DNA from: Saccostrea cucullata
Taxonomy: Eukaryota
Assembly: GCF_032062105.1 (NCBI RefSeq)
Contig: NW_026918279.1
Location: forward strand, 62,001 to 126,000
Length of the DNA stretch: 64,000 bases
Direction: 5' to 3'
Part shown: positions 1 through 12,800 of the stretch, in pieces
Position numbering within the stretch: the stretch's first letter is position 1
Layout: each line of letters opens with the position of its first letter
Program-made: the position numbers and the translations under genes
The notes under the pieces: model-generated
Databases searched by the model: none
What the model was told of the DNA's origin: nothing
The model's input: the letters and a program-made list of their open reading frames with translations, nothing else

Positions 1-2
1 GC

Positions 3-1403
3 CCCATTAGTGAAAACGTGTTTTCCACCATTGACGATGTGTGGGATTATTTTCAATCTAAGCATTGCTCTTTAAGTTTCATCCCTTCAGATGACATTCG
101 CCAGAAATTAGAAGTCCCTAAAGTATGTGATTGGAATAAACATCGTATCGGTGAGTGCAATGCCACGGGAAAGCTATCTTCATTTGATTCGACAGTTGAA
201 ACTGCTTGCAAGACAAACTATCATCCTTTTGGCTTGTTTCAAAATCCCTTTTGCCTGTTGTGTAACATTGGAGATGGCTTGTTTGAACCACCAATATCAA
301 CTTGCAATGTCACGGGGCAGATTGATTATATACCTCAACATTTATATGATGCATGCATGAACGATACTGTAGAAGCATTACAATATCCATATAAAAACAA
401 ATATTGTGAAGAATGTAATTTAGTCAAAACAGGAAGAACCGATATAAAATTGCAAGACGCCATATTGTTTATTTATATTTACAACAGACCAGAAAAAACA
501 AACAAGAATGGTCAATTTATTCCTGGAAAAGTGTCTTATGTATCTGAGTTTAGTGTAAGTAACGTAAATTTTTCCTATGAATCCTCGATATCAATCCATT
601 TAAATACCAAAGGACGTTTTCCGCAAGCAAATGCTGAAGATTTCGGCTGGTTTCTAAAGAGGAAATGGTGTCGAAGAGCCAAGTCCCGTATTGATGCCGA
701 TGCAGAGTATTCAGATGACAAATATTCATATCGTCCTTGTTCATGTTCTGCCGAGTGCAACAATACCAGCAGCTGTTGTGAAGATCCAAAGTATGAGCTC
801 ATTATGAAGCAAGTGAACAAATGGTCATGTGTGGATGTATCGTACCCTCGGACACTTGATTTATACCAAAATTCTTATTTTATGATAAGTAAATGCTCGG
901 AGGCTTACAATGACACTGAAATCAAGAATCTTTGTGAAAAAGACAACAAACATTATCTTAGCCTTATACCAATCACGGATAAAAATACATCGGTTACGTA
1001 CAAAAATTATTTTTGTTTTCTTTGTGTTGTACCGGATAGCGACAATATTCAAAACCACACCTACCTCGTGCCATGGACTATTTCCTTGGCATGTCCTGAA
1101 ATTTGGAATTTTAAACGTGAAGCCAGCTTGGAACTTATCATACAAAACGTTGACTCTAGGAATTGTCAGCTAAATTTTCGGCCATCCCTTTCTTTTCCAC
1201 CCGGTTGTGTCTTTTCTGTAGCTGGAAGTCTGTACTGTTCACTATGTGATCAAGCAAGAAAGACTATAAGTGGAGGACGTGAATTTACTATTAATTATCG
1301 TACGATATTCTCGTTATTTGAAAACACAGATGAAATAGGCTTAGAAAACCCTAAAGATCCTAACGCAAAATGCCAAGATAATGAATTTTTTGACATTTTC
1401 AAG
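3..1403 (+). CDS. Family-B (Methuselah/adhesion-like) GPCR paralog A, ectodomain exon (5'-partial)
   Basis: Frame is open from the window edge; Cys-rich with an SMB-like CSCSAECNNTSSCCED module and PITD..YKNYFCFLC motif; ends at AAG|GTAACT donor (intron 1404-1566, phase 0); closely similar to 29850-31235. Confidence 0.85.
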
Positions 1404-1566
1404 GTAACTATGCCATATATATACCGTTTCTCCCCATGCGTTTGATTTTTCTATTCTTAATAACAAACACATATTCCGTATGGGTTTGAGTTACATATGC
1501 CTCATTTACATTTAATGGTTCTGTTTGTTTCAATTTTTATATGATAAACTTTTTGTTTACTTTAAG

Positions 1567-3228
1567 GGAAAATGTCGACAACTTTCCTGTTTCCCTGGGA
1601 AAACCCTTGTGAATGGGAAATGTTATCCATTGATTTCATTCCAATCTCCTTTAGTTTACAACATAGCCTTTAAAGCAGTTCTTCAAGTACACCAAGGCTA
1701 CATGCAGATGAATCTTGACCAATTAATTCAAACAATGATTTCCTTCTTGATAGAGGATCTTCACAATGGTACCGATCTAAGTGTTAATATTTTGGAATAT
1801 CGACAGCGCTACAAAAGAATGTGTGAAGATACAATAACGGTGTTTGATTCAAATCCACTTGAGTTAAGCATTTTTATCAAAATAATCATACAAAGCAAAA
1901 ATAATGTGAAAGATCAAAATGAAATCGAACATAGTCTTAATAACGCTTGTACGAAGACTGGATCTTTCCAGAATTTTTCAATGGAATTTTCAGAGGATGT
2001 GAAGGCGTGGTTTCTACCAATCCAAAAGAACACATTACCGTCCCTTCAATTATGTGATACACACTATCTGTCTCTTCGACAATACAGCAATAACCCAGGT
2101 ATTGATATCACCAAGCTGTTGTTTTGTCCGCAACTGTCATTATCAACCGAAGAGTTTCAGATTTCACATGATGGACTTCAGGTACATGTATCTTCTCTGA
2201 ACCGGACATTCTTTTATAATGAATTCTCCAGAGGTGAAAACAATACGGTTCGGATATGTGCCACTGACTATACATCTACGATACAATCTAATCAAACTCA
2301 GTCAGGATCTGGGGAAAATTCAGAACATTTCTTCCTTGAAGTATTGACAATTCTAACAACATGCATATCCATTGTTTCTCTGATTATTACTTTCATTGTC
2401 TATTCCATTCTCAAAAAGCTTCGCACCATCCCAGGTCAAAATTTGATGTGTTTTGTAGCATCACTGTTCTTTGCTCAACTATTTTTACTCCTTAAAGGTG
2501 TGTTCGAAGATAACAAGATAGCATGTAACGTGGTTGGGATATTCATTTACTACTTTTGGCTTTCTACATTTACTTGTGCGAGTGTTTGTTCTTTCCATAT
2601 GTTTCGTGTGTTTGTGTGTGATGCTCGATTTTATGACAAAAACCCTTGTAATCATACCATCATATTATACTCGATTTATGCATTCCTGGTTCCTGTTTTA
2701 AGTATTTGCCTAACTATTGGAATTCATATGGCTCTCTCGCAATCTTCTCTGACAGGGTTTGGGGGAAGTTCTTGTTTTATTGACGACAAGGACACTCAAC
2801 TGTACAGCTTTATTCTTCCTATCTCTATTATTTGCTTCATAAACTTTATTTTGTTTTCTATAACGTTTTATAAAATCCACAGTGCTCCTACAATTGAAAA
2901 TACCCAATGTCGAAACGATCTTAGAATTTATTTTAAGCTTTTTCTTCTGACTGGTACAGCTTGGGTTTTTCAGATCATAGATGGACTGTTCCCCGTATCA
3001 CCCTTTTCATACCTAGTAACAGTTATAAATGGGTCACAGGGGGTGTATATTATGATTTCCTTTATCTTTACTCATCGCGTCAAACTCATGTTTGTGGAGA
3101 TGGGTTGGTTTGACAAATTGGGTCTTCGAAAAGGAAAGAAATCTCAGAGCAGTGGGGAGACAAAACTAACCCATAGAAGTGCAGCACCTTCAGAATTTGT
3201 TAGAATATTTCAACCATGTACTACTTAA
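1567..3228 (+). CDS. Family-B GPCR paralog A, stalk + 7TM exon
   Basis: TTTAAG|GGA acceptor; seven hydrophobic helices with 7tm_2-type motifs (LRTIPGQNLMC, C..VGIFIYYFWLSTF, LFLLTGTAWVF, INGSQGVYI); TAA at 3226-3228. Confidence 0.88.
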   Translation, partial: GKCRQLSCFPGKTLVNGKCYPLISFQSPLVYNIAFKAVLQVHQGYMQMNLDQLIQTMISFLIEDLHNGTDLSVNILEYRQRYKRMCEDTITVFDSNPLELSIFIKIIIQSKNNVKDQNEIEHSLNNACTKTGSFQNFSMEFSEDVKAWFLPIQKNTLPSLQLCDTHYLSLRQYSNNPGIDITKLLFCPQLSLSTEEFQISHDGLQVHVSSLNRTFFYNEFSRGENNTVRICATDYTSTIQSNQTQSGSGENSEHFFLEVLTILTTCISIVSLIITFIVYSILKKLRTIPGQNLMCFVASLFFAQLFLLLKGVFEDNKIACNVVGIFIYYFWLSTFTCASVCSFHMFRVFVCDARFYDKNPCNHTIILYSIYAFLVPVLSICLTIGIHMALSQSSLTGFGGSSCFIDDKDTQLYSFILPISIICFINFILFSITFYKIHSAPTIENTQCRNDLRIYFKLFLLTGTAWVFQIIDGLFPVSPFSYLVTVINGSQGVYIMISFIFTHRVKLMFVEMGWFDKLGLRKGKKSQSSGETKLTHRSAAPSEFVRIFQPCTT

Positions 3229-3599
3229 ACATTTATATTTGAAAATAATAATATCACCGACATATCAGAGTCTATATGTAAAAGGGTTCTCAAAACATTC
3301 ATGGACAGAGTCATAGACTTTAGACTCTTTGTGTCACATCAAATAAAATGTAAAATTTATTTAACATTATATTTTTCTTTCCACAGAATAAACTTTAAAG
3401 TATGTAGTTCATCTTTGAGTAGATTATTAAGTACATGTATTTACATATTTATCTCAATGTCGCGCGACCTAAAATATACAACCCATTTCTAATGACCAGG
3501 ATTTTTTATGAACTGTTTATAAAGTAACACTAAAATGTAAGGAAATTTTTTGTATTGCATTAGCTTTTCTAGTTAGATATGACAAAAAATTGAAAAAAA

Positions 3600-3827
3600 C
3601 ATTTTGGATCGCTGTATCAAGGTTAAGTATTATATAGGTTGCTTTGTGATCACTTACACTTTTGTCTATATCGATAGAACCCGATTCAATACAATCAAGG
3701 GTATCTGTAATAAGTATGGGATCAATACAGGTAGATTTCAAATTTATCACTCTTGTTGGCTCGGTAATATAGTTTATAAGGTTATACATGTATGTCGAAA
3801 TTATATCACTTACATATATTGGAAGCT

Positions 3828-3863
<36 letters not shown>

Positions 3864-6800
3864 CTACTGATTCTGTTGGTAAAGATCATTATTCTTTTTT
3901 TTCTTCTACTTCCTAGACGCCAACTTTGAAGCCTCATATCTCACTCAATTCTCAATTGATTTCGCTCAAATTTTCAGACGTACTAGAAGTTACTAAACTC
4001 TATTAGAATATTGTCCAAAATTTCAAAAAGTCACTTCCGATTTTGGGCTATTTCCCTTGAAACAAAAATTTTTAGGCTTTCGTTTCCAGACAAAGGCTCA
4101 GAGACGACTAAAGCTGGAGCAGAAATTCTACTGATTTAAGATAATAAAAGGATTGAAGTTGTGCACATCGGTTTTTGATTTTCGATTTCTTTATTCAAAA
4201 TGGCGTTATATAGGGGTAAAAAATTAGAACGCCTGAAAGAGCGAAAATTTACACATATTTTGCTTTTTATCTTCTAAACTAAAAATATTTTGATAAAACA
4301 TATAGAACAAAATTTGAATTTGAAGATCTTTCAAATGATATCTCGAAAAAAGGGCTGACCCCTAAATTAAGGGATCTAGAGGGGCCAAAAGTTTTTCCAG
4401 ATATCTCAAAAGGTATTGAGAATAATTATGTAATACGTCCAAAAAGCAAAGTTGTTCAAAATGTCAAACTTAATCTATTGAAGTCATCAAAATGCGTCCG
4501 GCGACGTCACTTTCGGTCAAACCGGAAGTCGTCAAAAAATGCATATTTTTGCCGTTCTTGACAAGTTTTTGGGTTAACATATGTCACTGGAAGCATAAAA
4601 CTTAATTTTCCGTCCGTTAAAATCACTTCCGATCAAACCGGAGGTAGCCAAAAATAGCTTATTTTTAAGGTTTTGATGCAAAATTGAAAGTATAAAGTGA
4701 CTGGAGACGACTTAGCTCATTGCTTTCTTTTGTTGACGTCACTTCCGGTCAAAACAGGACGGAAGACCTACTCGTTTCTTTCCAACGAGCTTTGCTCTAG
4801 TTGAAATCTATATTCCAATTTCCGTTTAATATTATATTACTTGATTGTTTTAAAGTCCTTCCAATAGAATTTTCTAACTTTTCCCAGAATTCAACTTTCG
4901 ATGTTTCAAGTCTATTTTAAAATAGTGCATAGAAAAACGCTTTTTGATTTTAGCTTGATTTCTACCCAGATTGTTTCGTCCAGCGCATTTTCGAAATTTC
5001 TACGTCTTAGAGCTTCTAAACCTTCTCTTATATAATCAAGAATTCCACCGCCATGACTAGTTCTATCTAATCTGAATGGGGAATTATATCCTTCAATTGT
5101 TAAATTCTCTGTATTAATTAGATCATTCAAATGAGTCTCGGTAAAACACAAAATATCGTTCAATTCAATGTAATTAGTTATCTTGTCTAATTTGTGTCGT
5201 ATACTCCTACAGTTTAGATGAAAGATTGTCAAACCAGTTACGTTTAGCTGAAATATCATTACATAACAAAAGTAGATTTATTAGGATTAGAATATACTGA
5301 ATGTTCAGTATATTTTTCTTGATTAAATCTACAACCTTAAATAAGAAAAACAAAATTTCTTTTGCCAGTTTGCCGATTTTTAAAATAAAAAATCTTTTTC
5401 GAATAATTATTTTGTGATACACGGAGTTGTATTTTCCAATCGCCGCACGATATGTCATAATATCATTACCCATGATCTAAAACGTCAAATCGAAATATGT
5501 AAAGAAGAGTGATTTTCGTGCGGCGATGGCTGACAGGAGTGTCGACTTCATTCATACAGCGTAACGCTTGAGTAATCATTGAGTAAAGAGAAGCTATAGT
5601 GCAATGATAAAGTGGGTGAAAAGTGAGATAGAAAGAAACATAAAGTATTGACATGGAGAAAAGTGGAAGAATTGGGAATACATGGAAATCAGTAAGAACC
5701 CAGAGCAAAGTATGGGCATGCAAGGAAATTAGAAAAAAGGATAAATGTGTCTTCATGTGTAAATTAGAAATATACATGTTTACAATATATACAGTCGTAC
5801 ACATTTAGCATTGCAAGTGTTTGAAAAGAAATATCGCTGGTTGTTTTACTTGTTTGGAATCTCTTATAAGAGTTTTTTTTATAGTAATTTGGGGATAATA
5901 ACAGTTAGTACATTTATTTGATTTAAAGCCTCGTCATCACTGACGTGGTCAACTTCTGGTAGGAAGAAAGCAATGTCACTGAGGTGATTTATCAAGATTT
6001 TGGGTGAGGTCACAGTCTCCTTTACAAGTATTCCTCCATCATTGGTCCAATATGAGTCAATTTTTTTGTAATAACGCGCCTTGGATAGAGCTTGAAAGAT
6101 GTTGTCGAGAGCGAGTAACGTCCTCGGAAAGAGAGATTTCACTTTCACTGCCTTGATCTTTTAACTCGGATTTTCCCCGGTAGACCCTATTTTTGATTTT
6201 CCAGTTGTTAAATTTACAAATAAATTGGGCTTTTCGGTTTTGGATTGATGCAATTATGTGGGACCTGTTTATATCATCCGGACTGATAGGGGGAAATTAC
6301 TTCAATTTTTCATTACAAATTCCAACCACAATTTGATCGGTCTTGTTGATTTCAGATGTAGTCATTTGAACCCCATGGAACCTTTAATAAATTTCTTCTC
6401 TTTTTACTGTTCAAGTGCTTCCAGGCCTGATTCTATCTTGTTGACTTTTGCAGATAGATTGTCAACCTCAGTTCTTAAAGTTTGGTTTTCTGAGCTTAGT
6501 TCTTGAATTATAACATTTTGAGATTCGATTTTCTGACATAGGTCTGATTTAATTGTCGTTAGATCTTGAATAACAGTGTCAATTTTTGAAGTGAGTGGCT
6601 GAAATGATTCAGCTATTAGAGTCCCAAGTTGTGGCATAAGGGCTGTGATAAAGGTTGATGCCGCTGATTGAATGAAATCAGCACCATTGATCATGATCGT
6701 AGCATGGACCAGTTTTGAGATGTTGAAGGTTTTACCCTGGTGTGTTAGTATCATTGGAGCTATACTGCCTTTTTGGACGGAGGCTAAATTGTCAAAGGAG

Positions 6801-7070
6801 TTTCTTATTCGTAGAGGTGCGGGAGCATCCACATGATCCGCCACCTCAGAGGGGCTAACAGTTTGATGAATATTTCTCTTTAAGCCGTGAGTTGTTGGTG
6901 TGAAAGATGTATCGTTGATATCACTCATATTGTATATTTGCTAGGTTTTGAGTTAGATGTTCAATGTTCAAAAATACAAGTAACAAGTTTGTATTTATCA
7001 AGATCAAGATCGACCACTCGTTATACAGGCGGTCAAGATGGTGAATACTACTCAGGCGATACTCAGTAAA
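3600..7070 (-). mobile_element. Degenerate CR1/L2-type LINE, 5' half (ORF1 + APE endonuclease, no RT)
   Basis: ORF1 pieces 6928-5879 (coiled coil, ..WTNDGGILVK C-terminus); ORF2 start 5473 then APE motifs HLNCRSI, ILCFTETHL, RLDR..GGG, and after an insertion EPTR..STCIDPIL, SDH; frameshifts and stops. Confidence 0.8.
3828..4802. mobile_element. Non-autonomous Helentron/Helitron-N inserted in the LINE endonuclease
   Basis: 13-bp hairpin AAGGTCTTCCGTT-tcc-AACGGAAGACCTT at 3835-3863; subterminal ACGGAAGACCT at 4759; CTCGTT..AACGAG hairpin; CTAGTT end in a T-run; LINE reading frame resumes on both sides. Confidence 0.8.
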
Positions 7071-8411
7071 TAAACCTTTTTAGACAACTTCCCCAAACAT
7101 CTTGTTTACATACTTTTTAACGTTATATCCTATGGCACATACCTCCAGCAGTTCATAAAAGCCTTGTCCGTAATTCTTTCATTCAATATAACACAACATT
7201 TATCCTTCAGGTAAATTTACACACCTTGTGCCATCACGTGACCGTGAACCTGGACATATTTTGTCAATTTGATCAGTACAGGATTTCAGTGATCTTCAAG
7301 CATGGCAACTTTTTTTTTTGACAACGCCTTCTAAAATCCATAGCATACATAAATAACTACAAAACTATGAATAGGGCATAAAACAAATACCTGGAAATTT
7401 TGAGCCTAGAAAGTGAGCCCTATATATATTGATCAGGTGGGTTGAAAATCCCATCTAGTCAAATTTAGTATAAAATTTACAGAATTAAAAGCCTAAAAAT
7501 TAGAATGAAACACATCGGCCAAAATGAATCGAATGATAGGTTATATTAGAGAAAAAAATCAATATAGCTACCATTGCATGTAAGTGATGATGATTTTAAA
7601 GAAGGTTGGTAAAATCCCTGTAACAAACTTATCTGTCAGTAGCCTGCCCCGGCTTAAATGTGATCGTTTTCGGAGCATAACCTTGAGAATAAGATAATTT
7701 TTATCCTAAAACATATCATTTTTATTCGATACAATGTGTTTCCTATTCGATTAGTTGTTATTCCTATTTGATAACTTGTGTAATTTGTATCGCTACAAAT
7801 TATCTTTATATCAATCTCTTTTTACTGCTGTTGCTGACAATTCAAAAAGACATTATTTTTTTTTTCATATTGATAAATTTAGATCATCACTGAAGCCTTC
7901 TACTGTCCCTGCTCAGTATAAAGTGTAAAAAAAAACATGTCTGGAAAATTACTTCTTCTCTATGTTTTATTCTCGCATTTTGAAGACTGTGGTCAAGTGA
8001 AAATTCTATGTAACGCTTTTGACAAAACTTGACATATACTGTAATTTATTCTTCCTGATTATAAAAATATACTTCTAACATATACACTTCACTTTTTAAT
8101 TACAAGGGTTGTCCAAAACATTCGTAGACACTGGTAAATTAAGTCAGAATAATTCGGTTTTTATTGGTTGAACTTAATATTTATGTAAAAGTCGCGGTCA
8201 TTAAAGATTAAAAGGCCATATACTTTGAAATAAAGTGCTAAAATTAGAATGATTTCTTTTCCTTGGTTTATAAAAAAAGTCAAAGCTTATTAAAAAAAAA
8301 ATAATAAATCCAACGCGTATAAAACGGTTATCAACATTTTCTGATGTTTTTCTTATCTCGTATTATATAGACTTTGAGAATATTAAGGCAAAACCTGAAG
8401 AAGAATGTTTA

Positions 8412-9038
8412 AACAAGAGGCCCAGGGGCCACATCGCTCACCTGAGCAAATCGTCTAGGAGAAAAGACAAATCAGAACTGAACAGAACTGAAAAGTTTAC
8501 TTAAGAGGGGTGAGGGGTGTGAATTTAATACTACCTTAGAGAGTTTTCATATTAATACAGCATATGACTTTGCTGTTCTTGATAAAAAGATTTTTAAAAA
8601 ACATTCTCTTCCTACACTATCACGAATCATTGCTTTGAAGAACTTGAGAGGACGATTTTTATAAAGATTTTTCCTAGATATTCCTATGTAAAATTTGATT
8701 AGCCATTGTGACCCCACTCTACCCCCGGGGGTCATGATTTGAATAAAACTGAATCTACACTATATGAGGATGCTTCCACATGCGTTTCTTCTTTCCTGAC
8801 CAAGTAGTTCTTGAGAAGAAGATTTTTAAAGATTTTCCCTATATACTCCTATGTAAAACTTTGATCGGCCATTGTGGCCCCACCCTACCCCCGGGGGTCA
8901 TGATTTGAACAAATTTGAATCTACACTATATGAGGATGCTCCAGATGAGTTTCATTTTTTCTGGCCCAGTGGTTTTTGAGAAGTAGATTTTTTGAAAATG
9001 CCATTTTTCACGAATTCATAATTATCTCCCCTTGGTAG

Positions 9039-9073
<35 letters not shown>

Positions 9074-9109
9074 TCTTTACCTAAGGATCTTTTGTACCAA
9101 GATTGGTTG

Positions 9110-9146
<37 letters not shown>

Positions 9147-9252
9147 GAGAAAAGTTAACGACGACAACACCAACGACAACAACGACGACAGACAACGGGC
9201 AAATTTTGATCAGAAAAGCTCACTTGAGCATTTGACTCAGGTGAGCTAAAAA
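8412..9252. mobile_element. Helentron/HINE with central ~168-bp tandem repeats
   Basis: AAACAAGAGGCCCAGGGGCCACATCGCTCACCTGAG at one end and GCTCACTTGAGC..CTCAGGTGAGCTAAAAA at the other; ~2.5 copies of a 168-bp unit (8655-9140); ACGAC microsatellite. Confidence 0.85.
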
Positions 9253-9873
9253 ATGACAGAAATGAGAAGAGATAAGGCTTTCATATTAAAAATGTGTATA
9301 ATCTGTTGCTAGAACTTTTTAAGGTACATTGATACTAAGTACTCTGATAAGAGAGATAACTCTTAATGACACAAAAGTCTATTATTCCTTATAAATTTGT
9401 CAAGTTTAAGTGCCTTTTTGTCAAATTTATCCCTGCAAGGCATGCTATAATTGTTTGTATTGTATTCAGCATATACATTTCCTTTGGAAAATCATAAAAG
9501 TTAAAGAAAAATTTCATCTGAGTGAGCACAGGGTTTATGAACCTTAGATACTAGTACACTATGATTTTTTGAGCTCATGGCCTTGAATCTAAAATATGAC
9601 CTTTTTCAAAACTTTAACCTATGTCAAAACTTTTGTTGGAGAAGAGATAGGGATTTCACATTTCACATGTGTATAACCAGGAACAAAATCTTTCTAAATA
9701 CACTAGAAGTTTTGACCGCGTGACGTTGAACCTTAATTAAGTTTGACTTACTTTTCAAATATTTAATTTGACCTACTTTTCAAATATTTAAGTTTTCTAT
9801 TTAATCAAAACTGTTGACTGAGAAGAGTTGGGCTTTCATATTTGACATTTGCATTACCCGTGATTTACTAGCA

Positions 9874-12800
9874 CAGCTTACTCCACTTATATTGAAATCG
9901 CTTATTTTGAAATTCCGCGGCTGTCGTTACAGTTAGTGACAGTAATTATCCCTGACTGACCAGATGATATACAAAGGTGTGAATAATTAAGTGTTCACCT
10001 TAAGACCTGTATACACGATGAGATTTGTAGTATACTTTTGTATTATGATACTTTCCTGTACTCAGGCTAATACATATCTTATAAGATTGTAAATAAACTA
10101 AGTATTCCAACGTGTTTTCCACGCCATATTTCTCTCTCTATCAAAGAAAGAAAAATGGAGGATGAGGCTCTGATACGAGTGTCTATCATCGTACTATGCA
10201 TTGCTTGATATATATTCCACAAGTCCTTCTCCCTTTCCCATTAAACCAGGAATTTTTCGATGTCTTTACTTGTAAAGTTGATCATTATTATTTACCATGT
10301 GCTTTTTTAGTAATGATAAAAATAGGATGACCCCTAGTGTCATTACATTTCATTGGCTGAAAGTGATAGGTTAGTAAAGACTTGTATTAGGAAATAGAGC
10401 ATTGCTCTATTCTTAATACAGTTTTATGAGATTTGAAAAATCTTATGATACACTGTATTAAGAGTGTATACACAGTAAGATTTTGTATTATAATACAAAT
10501 CTTACCGTATATATCGGCCTTTATGTGTTTTTATACTGCATATTCTTACGCAATAAAATTATTCACCGTTAAATTCTTTGTTTCCATGTATATAATACCA
10601 CTGTATACAACGGGTAACGCGGGGGAGTCGCTAAAAAGTAAGGGGGTGTCGTTTTCAACGTATGGGGGAGTCGATTTTCAACGCTTCGGAGTCAGAAGAG
10701 ATGTGGGTCACGTCTTTTTTCGGTATATGTAATATGTATTTACAAAAAACAACTAGCTCACGGAAGGAAGCAATAGTTAAGCTTTCTGTTGGTCATTTGT
10801 CCGGCTAGCATATACGTCTAGTTTTTTCAAACACTTCGAAACTATTCGACAGATTTCATATTTACGTTGATCGAGTGATAAAAACATGCATAGATTGCAC
10901 AATCTACGACTTGTGCAGGGATTGTGACAGCTAAGACAGCAAAAGCAAACGTTCATCTTTCAATTGCAACTATTCAAACTTGGCTAGAGTTTATAAAAAT
11001 TAATAATTAAGGCATTTTCTCTTCAGACAGTAATGGTTACGTAGGGGGGAGTCGTTTCTGGAAAACCACAACGTATAGGGGAGTCGCACAATTGAATAGT
11101 ACTACTATTTTAGATTTCGACTTTTCTGTTGTTAAATGCTACCTTACATAATTATTTTGGTAATTTTACAATGTTAGTAAAATGTAACATGAATAAAGAT
11201 CAATAAAAGCAATATGTATATATTAAAAAAAACATGTATTTATCGTTTCTTATGTGAAGTGCATGGGTATATACATGTACCCGTATTTCATATACATTAC
11301 TTTATGTACATTTGATATGGTTTCTGCAAGGATGAGCTGTGGCATATTCCAAATTTTCAGCATTTTAAATTAAAGGTTGTTAATGTCGAAGAAAACAATA
11401 ACTACAAATATGGAAAGGGGACTTCAGCTTTGCCAATTTCCTTCACACATAACATCAAACTCTTCTAAAGAGTATACATGTATTTCGGAATGAGGGCATG
11501 ATATTTTGATATTTTTCTTTGTGAATTTTTACAGCTCTTATTATAATTAGAACGTCAGACCCTGCCCTTACCCATAATAACAATTCTGAAATACATCTCT
11601 CGAAACAGGCACGTAGTATGAAATGTCTTCCAACGTTTTGTTGCAGAATAGTTAAATCATAGTTATATTTGCAAATGTGTTAATAAAATTTGGTTGAGAA
11701 ACTCTGTTGTAACAATCTTCTACCTACGTTTTTTGTTTGTCAAATTTTTTTCAGATAAGTTGTTTATAAATTTTTTTTTTCATACTTATGAAAAAATGTT
11801 ATTGTTAAAAAAACTATAACTAAAAAAAAGTAAAGCCTTTCTACTGTTTTCCTGAGCGGTCAAATAAATCGCTGCTTGACAGTGGAGTGAGATGTTGGAC
11901 CTGTCGATGAGATATTGCACCCCTTACTTCACAGTGTAGGCGGGGTCACTATCAGAACTTGACGGAATTGACCAAGTTTAAACTTTTGTGCGCGTGAGCA
12001 AAATTTCATCATGACAATATCATAATAAGCAATATTTAAAAAAATCATTTATCGATTGTTCTTGGACAAAAATGCTTTTTGTCAACCTATCAAACAAAAC
12101 GTTTTGCCTTCGGCCTAACAACCTCGGGCAAACAGTTTAGTTCTTCGGTCCGAAAAAACGCATGTTGCCCTCGAACCCTGTCTATGAATGTATATGTAGT
12201 GCTGACTGTGTAAACCCCAGATCATCCCAACTATTCTCAGTTAAGATACATCGCTTGTGCCTGAAGATGTGTTATTCTATATGATAAATAAAAAATAAAT
12301 TATTTATATGTCGACCAAATTAAAAGCATATACCAGTTTAAAAATTTCTAACCCCCCCCCCTCGAAAAAAAGAAGTCAAGGGGCGGGAATAAAGGGTCAG
12401 AGATTTGCACTTTTCTAATTAAAAAAAATGGCTGATATTATTATCAAGAAATTTTCCATATTATAAATCTGATTGTTCTTTCTTTATGGAGAGGCTGTCA
12501 TTGTTGAAAGTGAGGGTTCGTGATCTTCTTGAATTTTTGTGATGCATGAGAAAATTACATACTGTGCTAGGGAAGGGTCTTGTCCCCAAGCACATGTGCT
12601 CCCAGGATATATAATCCAATTGTACATGCATATTGCTGACATTTTCTTGAACTAAACAACACCAGATTAGGTATGCATTTCACTTTATTTTGCGACTCTC
12701 CTATGCTTTGTGTTTTTCCAGAAACGACTCCCCCCGGCGAAACCATTACTGTCTGAAGAGAAAATGCCTTAACTATTAATTTTTTATAAACTCTAGCCAA

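Noticed and set aside
1525-1566. ORF-track starts at 1525, 29361 and 31366 as separate genes
   Set aside because: These are TTG starts in introns or mid-exon; the splice sites show they are exons of two genes.
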